A stretch of DNA of 14,753 bases from Myxococcales bacterium (GTDB lineage: Bacteria; Myxococcota_A; Polyangia; Polyangiales; Polyangiaceae), in the NCBI GenBank assembly GCA_043747615.1, contig JAYTOU010000001.1:1-14753 (forward strand). Direction: 5' to 3'. The notes below the pieces were generated by a model, which was not told where the DNA came from, did no database searches, and worked only from the letters and a program-made list of their open reading frames with translations. This document shows, one piece after another, positions 8,119 through 14,753 of the stretch (the first letter of the stretch is position 1; every line of letters begins with the position of its first letter). Both the position numbers and the translations under genes were made by a program.

Positions 8119-9585
8119 ATGCTTTCGGCGGGCGCCAGACTCGGGAAATACGAAATCGTCGCCCGGATTCGCTCGGGCGGTATGGCGAGCCTCTATCTTG
8201 GCCGGCACTCGGGTGCCGCGGGTTTCGCCCGGCTCGTCGCCATCAAGGTGGTTCACCCGCACCTCGCCGAGGATCCGAGCTTCGTCAAAATGTTCATCGA
8301 TGAGGCGCGCCTCTCCGCTCGCATCGAAGGACCGCACGTCGTTCACATCGAGGAGCTCGGCGAAGCGAACGGGACCTTCTTCCTGGTAATGGAGTACGTG
8401 CACGGCTGCGCTCTCTCGCAGCTTCTGCGCGCACTCGGTAAGCGCCACATCCGGATGACTCCGGAGCTCGCCACGCAAATCGCGATCCAGATCGCGGACG
8501 GCCTGCACGCGGCCCACCAAACTGCAGACGATCAGGGGGTCTTGCTCGGCGTCGTTCATCGTGACGTAAGTCCCCAGAATGTCCTCATTGCCTACCGCGG
8601 ACACGTCAAGCTGATCGATTTCGGGATCGCCAAGGCGCGAAACAGTACGCGCCAAACCACGACGGGTTCCATCCGCGGGAAGCTGAGCTACATGCCCCCC
8701 GAGCAGGCGTACGGAAAACCGGTCGACGCGCGCGCGGACATCTATGCGCTCGGGATCATTCTATGGGAGATGCTCACCATGCGCCGGCTCTTCGATGGGT
8801 CGGGGGAGCTCGCCGTTCTCGACCAGGTACGCACGCCCAAGGTGGTCGCACCCAGCACGCTCGTGGAAGGTATTCCGGCAACGCTTGACGCGGCCGTGAT
8901 GGCTGCGCTTTCCCCCGAACGCGATGGCCGCCCCGCGACCGCGAGCGACTTTCGGCGGATGCTGGGCCGTGCTGTCCCCGAGGCCATGACCGTCGACGCG
9001 ACCGAGGTCGCGAAGTTTCTCGCGGTGGTCATGGAGGACGAGATCGCCGCGACGGCAAGCCGGTTGCCGGACGTCGTCGCCGCATCGCTGTGCGCACCCT
9101 CCGTCGACTATCCGGACACGATCCTCGCGACGATGACCCGAGAGGCAACAGGCATCACTGCATCGGATTTTGGAGCCGATCCCGAACCCGTTGCCCCCGC
9201 GGAGCCGAAGGTCGATCAGCTGCGTCACCCAGCCCGGCGAACGATGCTAGCGGGGCTCACGATTTTCGCGCTCATCGGCGGAGGCGTTGCCGTAGTCGAG
9301 CAAAAGTTTGCTCGTCCGACCAACCGGGCATCCGCCGCAGCGCCCATCGAGAGCCCCGCTCCCTCCTTGCCGCCCGCTGCGTCACCGGCGCCTTCCGCGA
9401 GCCCGGCACCGCCGATCATGGCCGTGCCCACCCCGAGACCTCGCGCGAAGAGCGTCCCTCCCGCGCGCCTGTCCGGTTCAAACGCTCCGCCGTCGAGCAA
9501 AACCGCGACGCACGCAGCGTCTGCCGATCCACCCGGTGTTCACTTGATCAATGGCGTGCCCATCGCGGACAAGCCCACGTTCTGA
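8119..9585 (+). CDS. Membrane-anchored Ser/Thr protein kinase with Pro-rich extracytoplasmic tail
   Basis: MLSAGARLGKYEIV, GGMASLY, VAIK, HRDVSPQN, DFG, YMPPEQ; TM MLAGLTIFALIGGGVAVV. ATG 8119 preferred over GTG 8041. Confidence 0.93.
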   Translation: MLSAGARLGKYEIVARIRSGGMASLYLGRHSGAAGFARLVAIKVVHPHLAEDPSFVKMFIDEARLSARIEGPHVVHIEELGEANGTFFLVMEYVHGCALSQLLRALGKRHIRMTPELATQIAIQIADGLHAAHQTADDQGVLLGVVHRDVSPQNVLIAYRGHVKLIDFGIAKARNSTRQTTTGSIRGKLSYMPPEQAYGKPVDARADIYALGIILWEMLTMRRLFDGSGELAVLDQVRTPKVVAPSTLVEGIPATLDAAVMAALSPERDGRPATASDFRRMLGRAVPEAMTVDATEVAKFLAVVMEDEIAATASRLPDVVAASLCAPSVDYPDTILATMTREATGITASDFGADPEPVAPAEPKVDQLRHPARRTMLAGLTIFALIGGGVAVVEQKFARPTNRASAAAPIESPAPSLPPAASPAPSASPAPPIMAVPTPRPRAKSVPPARLSGSNAPPSSKTATHAASADPPGVHLINGVPIADKPTF

Positions 9586-9589
9586 GGGG

Positions 9590-10462
9590 CTAAGGTAGTG
9601 GGGTTAGCGTAAACGCAAAGGATGCGTCGCAGAGGTTCGTCGGGCTCCCAATCGCAAAGTACTGACCCGCCTGAAGCTGAGTGATCCCGCCGCCCTTGTT
9701 GCATGCAAATCCCGCAGGTTGACAGGAGGCCGCGATGATGGGCCCACCGATCGCAGGAGGCACGCTCGTGATGCTAAACGAGTACCCTCGCTTGTCGGAC
9801 GCTGGGGCCTGGAAGATGGCCACGGGGTAAGCGGCCGCGTCCGTGCAGAGCTGCATCATCGGTCCATCGCACGTCGTTCCCGTGGCCGTGACCGAGTCAC
9901 AGCCGCCAAGTCCGCGAGGCGCTGCGCATCGGTTTCCACCTCCGTCGACCACGCAGCTTGCGGACCCGGTGTCCATGACGCTGCCGTCCCCAACCGCGCC
10001 GTCATTCGAGGCGGCCCCATCGCTCCCTCCATCGGTGCCCGAGCCCTCGCACGCGAGACGAGACGGAAAACTCCCCGTCCACGCGGGTGAGCCCGGATCG
10101 TAAGCGACGGACCCCACGCACAAGGTGAAATGGACAGTGCGGCTCTCGTTCTTCACGAAGTCGACGACGACCGTGCGGACGGCGATCTCTTCATGCGCGT
10201 GCTTTCCGGAGACCACGATCGTCACCGGGGCTTCGGAATTCGACGCGGATGAAACACTCATGTAGAGCGGAAACGCAGGAGAGGCGCCGACCGGCTGGTC
10301 GCGCACGACGCCGTCGACGGTGATGACTACTTCATCGATCTCGCCGGCCTTGGAATCGACGACCACAACGAGCTCGGTCGGATGGGTGCAGTCGACCCCG
10401 GCCGCCGCGAAGACGGCGAGGAACGCACCCCCTCCGAGAATCGACGCGGCTCTCACTCTCAT
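9590..10462 (-). CDS. Hypothetical Cys-rich exported protein, probable lipoprotein
   Basis: ATGA overlap with the upstream stop at 10459-10462; hydrophobic signal followed by CTHPTELVVVVDS; DG-rich linker; multiple Cys. Confidence 0.75.
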   Translation of the reverse strand: MRVRAASILGGGAFLAVFAAAGVDCTHPTELVVVVDSKAGEIDEVVITVDGVVRDQPVGASPAFPLYMSVSSASNSEAPVTIVVSGKHAHEEIAVRTVVVDFVKNESRTVHFTLCVGSVAYDPGSPAWTGSFPSRLACEGSGTDGGSDGAASNDGAVGDGSVMDTGSASCVVDGGGNRCAAPRGLGGCDSVTATGTTCDGPMMQLCTDAAAYPVAIFQAPASDKRGYSFSITSVPPAIGGPIIAASCQPAGFACNKGGGITQLQAGQYFAIGSPTNLCDASFAFTLTPLP

Positions 10463-11202
10463 GGAAGCTGCACGCCTTGCACGTTGCCTGCCGTCGGGTG
10501 CCCGTTCGAACCGCAGGACCCCGCGGCGCAAACGATTCCCACCGTAGCTCCCGCGGCCGCCACCCCGACGGCGGTCCAGAACCAGGGAGACGCGAAGAGC
10601 CCTTTTCCCTTTTCCGAGCGCTGCTGAAGAGTCGTCTGGGGATACGTGAGGGTGACCACGCGTGATTCGGAAGGGCCGATGGAAAATGCCTCGCGGGTAG
10701 CCGATGCGCCCAGCCGCGTGAGAACGAGGGCGTGTGCGCCGGGATCGATCGGAAGGTCCTGGCCGAGCGCAGCGGACGATACCGGATTTTCATCCAACGC
10801 GACCCGATCGCCGGGCTTTCCGTCGCGTACCAAAATTTTTACGTGAGCGATTCGCGGCTCGAGGCTTTCGAGCGCGTCGCGGGCGGCGGCCCTCTGCTCT
10901 TCAGCAACGGACGGGGACCGAAGCAGACGTCGGTAGTTCTCCGCGGCGGCCACGAAGTGCCCGGTTTGGCTCTGAGCGCTCGCCAAATTGAGGAGAATGA
11001 TGGGTTGCGAAAAGAGCTTGTTTGCTCGCGTAAACGCTTTCAGCGCCTCTTCCCAATTTCCGGCCTGCGCCGCGGCGACGCCTTGCTGGAATTGGGCGCG
11101 GGCGAGAGCCACTTCCGAGGAGGTCGGTTCCTGGGCCCCGACGGCGCTCGTCATCGAAAGCAGAAGGACGATGCCGCTAGCAGCGAGGAGCGCTCGGTTC
11201 AT
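10459..11202 (-). CDS. Exported TPR plus PEGA-like protein with C-terminal TM segment
   Basis: Signal peptide; ARAQFQQGVAAAQAGNWEEALKAFTRA, ILLNLASAQ; LPIDPGAHALV; SPWFWTAVGVAAAGATVGIV. Confidence 0.85.
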   Translation of the reverse strand: MNRALLAASGIVLLLSMTSAVGAQEPTSSEVALARAQFQQGVAAAQAGNWEEALKAFTRANKLFSQPIILLNLASAQSQTGHFVAAAENYRRLLRSPSVAEEQRAAARDALESLEPRIAHVKILVRDGKPGDRVALDENPVSSAALGQDLPIDPGAHALVLTRLGASATREAFSIGPSESRVVTLTYPQTTLQQRSEKGKGLFASPWFWTAVGVAAAGATVGIVCAAGSCGSNGHPTAGNVQGVQLP

Positions 11203-11257
11203 CAGGGCCTCGACTTAACCATATCACACCAGCGTTCGTCGCGGCATAGTCTCCCGG

Positions 11258-12625
11258 GTGAGCGACGAGCGAACGCGGACGCTGCAACTTCCCAAGGCTC
11301 GTCGCGGCGCGCCCACGCCATCGCTCCGCGTCGTCATCACCGCGGGTCCTGATCAAGGCGCGACGTTCGAGATCGCGAAGCCGCGCGCGATCGTCGGGCG
11401 AGCAGAGGGCAGCGATGTGCGGCTCTCCGATCCTACGGTCTCGCAATTTCATGTAGAGCTCGAGCCCACGCGTGAGGGGGTCCGGCTGAAGGACCTCGAT
11501 AGCCACAACGGAACCTACGTCGGCGAAGTCCGCGTGGAAGAGGGCCAGATGCCGTTCGGGTCAGAGCTCGTCGTCGGGGCGACCCGAGCACGCATCGAAC
11601 GAGCGGAAGACTTCGTGGCGGAGGAATCAGGCGCGAGCTCGTTTGGTGGGCTCGTCGGCGCGTCGAAGCCAATGCGCGAGGTCTACGCCCTTCTCGAGCG
11701 CCTCGCGAAGACTGACCTCTCGGTGCTTCTCGAAGGACCGACGGGGACTGGCAAGGACGTCGCTGCGCGCGCGCTTCATGAAGCTGGCGCGAGATCGGGC
11801 GGGCCTTTCGTGACCCTCGACTGCACGGCCATTCCACCCACCCTCGCGGAGAGCGTCCTTTTCGGGCACGAGAAGGGCGCGTTCACGGGGGCAACGGAGC
11901 GCCGGATCGGCATGCTGGAAGCCGCATCGAGCGGAACTATTTTTTTTGACGAGCTTGGTGAGCTGCCCCTCGACTTGCAGCCGAAGCTTTTGCGCGTCCT
12001 CGAGCGGCGAGAGGTCGTCCCGGTCGGCGGGACGAAGCCGCGCCCCATCGACGTGCGCGTCGTGAGCGCGACGCTCCGCGATCTGCGAAGCATGGTGAAT
12101 CGTCACGCATTTCGCGAGGACTTGTATTTTCGAATTGCCCAGACGCGCGTGCGCCTTCCTGCGCTGCATGAGCGGGCAGAAGACGTGAAGCCGCTCGTTC
12201 AGTTTTTCATTGCCGGCCTTTCTTCCCGCGTGAAGGCAGCGCGTGCGATCGCCAACGATGCGCTCGACGCGATGGCTGCGCGTGAATATTCGGGCAACGT
12301 CCGCGAGCTGAAGAACACCGTCGAGCGACTGGCGATGCTCGCCGCCGGACCCACCATCACCCTTGCGGACCTCACCTTCGATCGCATGATCGACGGCGCG
12401 CGCGGCGGGCGGCGCCGCGGCGACGTGGCTCCTTCAGACTCAACGCCGATCGAGCCCTTCAAGGAAGCCAAGCGGACCGTCATCGACGAGTTCGAAAAAG
12501 GCTACGTCGCACGTCTCCTCGCCCGCACCGGAACGAACGTTTCTCGGGCCGCATCCCTCGCGGGAATCGAGCGCCAGAGCCTCCGCGATCTTCTCAAAAA
12601 GCACGGTCTAGGCGGTGAGGATTGA
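11258..12625 (+). CDS. FHA-domain sigma54-dependent transcriptional activator (AAA+ with Fis-type HTH)
   Basis: FHA VGR..DPTVSQFH..DLDSHNGT; Walker A GPTGTGKD; GAFTGA; FFDELGEL; FREDLYFR; GNVRELKN; C-terminal NVSRAASLAGIER. Confidence 0.96.
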   Translation: MSDERTRTLQLPKARRGAPTPSLRVVITAGPDQGATFEIAKPRAIVGRAEGSDVRLSDPTVSQFHVELEPTREGVRLKDLDSHNGTYVGEVRVEEGQMPFGSELVVGATRARIERAEDFVAEESGASSFGGLVGASKPMREVYALLERLAKTDLSVLLEGPTGTGKDVAARALHEAGARSGGPFVTLDCTAIPPTLAESVLFGHEKGAFTGATERRIGMLEAASSGTIFFDELGELPLDLQPKLLRVLERREVVPVGGTKPRPIDVRVVSATLRDLRSMVNRHAFREDLYFRIAQTRVRLPALHERAEDVKPLVQFFIAGLSSRVKAARAIANDALDAMAAREYSGNVRELKNTVERLAMLAAGPTITLADLTFDRMIDGARGGRRRGDVAPSDSTPIEPFKEAKRTVIDEFEKGYVARLLARTGTNVSRAASLAGIERQSLRDLLKKHGLGGED

Positions 12626-12680
12626 GCGAGCGCGGGGAGCGACGCCGTGTCGCGCGTTCAGCTCTCGTCATCAAACCGTC

Positions 12681-12912
12681 TCAGCGTGCTCCGGACCAGG
12701 AAAACTCCGTCTGGATGCGCGTGACGATCTGCTGCGCGTCGGCCAAGCGCTCACTATCCGTGGCGACGCACGTGCTGGCGAGTACCCGCCACCGCGCATG
12801 AAGATCGTCCGTCGGCGCTTGCTGGAGGACGTCTTCGAGAAGTCGTCCGAACCCGTAGACGTCGTCGCGCGGCTCGCAGACCCGACCGGCGAGTCGCTCC
12901 GGTGACACGTAT
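12681..12912 (-). pseudogene. 3' fragment of a Ser/Thr kinase gene
   Basis: YVSPERLAGR..PRDDVYGFGRLL corresponds to kinase subdomains VIII-IX onward; everything upstream is replaced by the 107-bp element. Confidence 0.8.
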
Positions 12913-13019
12913 CTCAAATCGGTCGGCTTGGTCGATTTCGACGATCAAATTCGCATAAGCGGGATTCCGTCTCCCAAATGAGAGCCGCTTGCCATCGCGA
13001 GGAGCCTTGGTTTTCCTAC
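12913..13019. repeat. 107-bp junction element, copy 1
   Basis: CTCAAAT...TTTTCCTAC; 101/107 identical to 14496-14602, direct orientation, no indels, unrelated flanks. Confidence 0.97.
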
Positions 13020-13020
13020 C

Positions 13021-13095
13021 TCCCTCTATGACCTCGAAGGCCTGTGGATGGACGCGCGGCGCTTGCCCGTGCCCGTCCCCGACGATCTCCGCTAG
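13021..13095 (+). pseudogene. Probable 3' tail of an unidentified gene
   Basis: SLYDLEGLWMDARRLPVPVPDDLR* with strong third-position GC; starts at the element end and converges on the 13127 gene. Very short. Confidence 0.5.
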
Positions 13096-13126
13096 CTCGC
13101 GCCGCTTCAACGCACGCCGTAATTCC

Positions 13127-13705
13127 CTACTTTGCGGGGTCGCACGACGCCGCGCACGCGCCGTGGCTCGCAGGCCTTCTCTTCAGCGCGTGCACCCTCA
13201 CGACCAGATCGGCCTTGAGCTGCGCAGGAGAAAGTTGCGGGGCCTTGTGGACGGGATCGCCGTGACACGTCGCCGCGATCTTCTCGACGTCACCGAAGGC
13301 GTTCTCGTCGAGAAGGGGTTGGGCGATCCCGCGTTTTCTGCCTGTCTCGCGCGCCTCGTCCGCGATCGCCCAGGCGATGCCGCTCGCGTGCGCGATCGTC
13401 TCGCCAATCTCGTCACACAATCGGAGAGCGCTCTCACCGGAGCGCAGCGCCTCCGCGTCGTCCGCGGACTTGAGCGACTCGATCAGCGTGGCCGATCGGT
13501 CCGCCGATTCGACGTCTCTGTGGACGGCGGCGAGCTGTCGCTCCGTGCGATCACAGGACTCCTTGCAGCTGGCGACCGCGCCGTTGTCTTGTTTGCAAGA
13601 TGCGAACGCCGCGACGAGCGTGAGGATGGCAGCCATGGGTGTGCCGTTGATTCGACTACAAGCTACGAGCGCCCCAAGACCGAACAGACATTCCTTAGTC
13701 TTCAT
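13127..13705 (-). CDS. Hypothetical protein, possible lipoprotein; start uncertain
   Basis: 192-aa ORF with high third-position GC; MAAILTLVAAFASC is lipobox-like; no family recognised. Confidence 0.6.
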   Translation of the reverse strand: MKTKECLFGLGALVACSRINGTPMAAILTLVAAFASCKQDNGAVASCKESCDRTERQLAAVHRDVESADRSATLIESLKSADDAEALRSGESALRLCDEIGETIAHASGIAWAIADEARETGRKRGIAQPLLDENAFGDVEKIAATCHGDPVHKAPQLSPAQLKADLVVRVHALKRRPASHGACAASCDPAK

Positions 13706-13785
13706 CGGCTAGATGATCGACGCATTCGGCACGATGAGGAACGCAAATCCGCCACCGACGCTCAAATCAAAGCACCGGCCAACGG

Positions 13786-14495
13786 TTACAAGGAGCCGCG
13801 CCACGTGCGCGCGTTCGAGAGGTACCCGTCGAGATCGAGCTTGTTTGCGGCGGAGCGGCTGGTCATGCAGCGCACGGTGCCGTAGATGGCGCGCTCCGGC
13901 CACGGGCGATCGTGAAGCCCGAAGCACCACGAGATGTTCGTGTAGCGGTTGGGGTCTCTGCCATCGAGCGCGTAGCGATCGTTCAGATGGACGAGCGCGG
14001 CGTGCGCGTCTGCGGGGCTCGTCGTCCAGGTGATCGGGAGCTTTCCCCAGAGCATACGGGCGTAGTTGTGAATGACTCCGCGGACGCGGAGCTCGAGCTG
14101 GGCGGTGTTCCACACTTCGTCGGGCGTGCGCGCGGCGTCGAGCTGTTCGAGCGTCATCAGGTACGGTCGAGGATCGGGCGCGTGCTTGGCGAGTGTGCTC
14201 TTCGCCCAATCGGGAAGCGCCGCGAACGTTACGTGATCGGGTCGGGTGCGCGCGAAGTTGTAGGCGAGCGCGCGGCGAACGAGGAGCTGCTCGAGGAACG
14301 CGGCGTTGTCTTCCTCCGAGGCTGCTTCCGCGGTCTTCGTCTCGAGGGCGATCTTTCGCGCGCTGATCATTCCGAAATGAAGGTAGGGCGACAGGTGGCT
14401 CGTAGCGTCGCGCGAGGGCTCGTTGTGATCCGCCACGTAGCCCGAGAGGCGAGAAAAGAAGCCGCGGAGGCGCTTGGTCGCGGCTACGGAGCCCC
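13786..14495 (-). pseudogene. phr: C-terminal FAD-binding half of a class II CPD photolyase; N-terminal domain missing
   Basis: GSVAATKRL, TSHLSPYLHFGMIS, FLEQLLVRR, HNYARMLWGK, LNDRYALDGRDPN, FGLHDRPWPER. The frame meets the element at 14496, with an in-frame TGA just inside it. Confidence 0.9.
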
Positions 14496-14602
14496 CTCAA
14501 ATTGATCGGCTTGGCCGATTTCGACGATCAACTTCGCATAAGCGGGATTCCGTCTCCCAAATCGGAGCCGCTTGCCATCGCGAGGAGCCTTGGTTTTCCT
14601 AC
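14496..14602. repeat. 107-bp junction element, copy 2
   Basis: Same ends as copy 1; 58/107 (54%) GC by hand count, lower than the surrounding genes. Confidence 0.97.
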
Positions 14603-14666
14603 GTCCTCGTCCCTCGCCGCTCTCTGGAGGGCGCGGCCCCCTGCCAGCGCCGCCGACGCGAAGAGC

Positions 14667-14753
14667 TCATATCGGTGCCAGCCCGATCGAGCGAGCGATC
14701 ACGTATGCGGCGGCGTCGCCGAACCGCTGCGGGTCGATCCGGAAGACGGTGCA
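14667..14753 (-). CDS. 3' end of a gene running in from outside the window
   Basis: CTVFRIDPQRFGDAAAYVIARSIGLAPI* with high third-position GC; stop at 14667-14669. Confidence 0.55.
   Translation of the reverse strand, partial: CTVFRIDPQRFGDAAAYVIARSIGLAPI

Noticed and set aside
7113..9585. HRDVSP instead of HRDxKP as a sign of pseudokinases
   Set aside because: This variant is common in myxobacterial kinases; the catalytic Lys, HRD, Asn and DFG are all present.
12913..13019. Element as an in-frame peptide insert (RKTKAPRDGK...)
   Set aside because: That open frame is not the frame of the adjoining kinase or photolyase, and most differences between the copies change the amino acid.
12913..14602. 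CRISPR array or integron attC cassettes
   Set aside because: Only two 107-bp copies 1.5 kb apart, no cas or integrase gene, no RYYYAAC/GTTRRRY ends, and the copies cut genes instead of flanking whole ones.
14496..14602. Intron: the minus strand reads GT...AG, and plus-strand GAGCCG...CCTAC recalls group II domain V/VI
   Set aside because: Excision restores neither gene; no GNRA loop, AC bulge or GTGCG start; bacterial context.

Overview
High-GC bacterial DNA whose gene content (several Hanks-type Ser/Thr kinases, TPR/PEGA proteins, Cys-rich lipoproteins, an FHA-sigma54 activator) suggests Myxococcota, probably Polyangiales; this is inferred, not searched. The intact genes form two kinase/TPR/lipoprotein signalling neighbourhoods plus an NlpC/P60 lipoprotein with a likely sigma54 promoter. 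The unusual part is three breakpoints where unrelated genes are cut mid-frame. Two carry the same non-coding 107-bp element (12913-13019 and 14496-14602; 6 mismatches, identical ends, no terminal inverted repeats, no target duplication). The third (from 4244) carries a diverged relative with the same GTAGGAAA-N19-GCAAG end and a nested IS3 remnant. Fragments of an APC permease, a PI-PLC-like gene, a kinase, an unknown gene and a class II photolyase all read away from these elements. This is either an uncharacterised small rearrangement-promoting element or repeat-induced misassembly; the sequence alone cannot distinguish the two.
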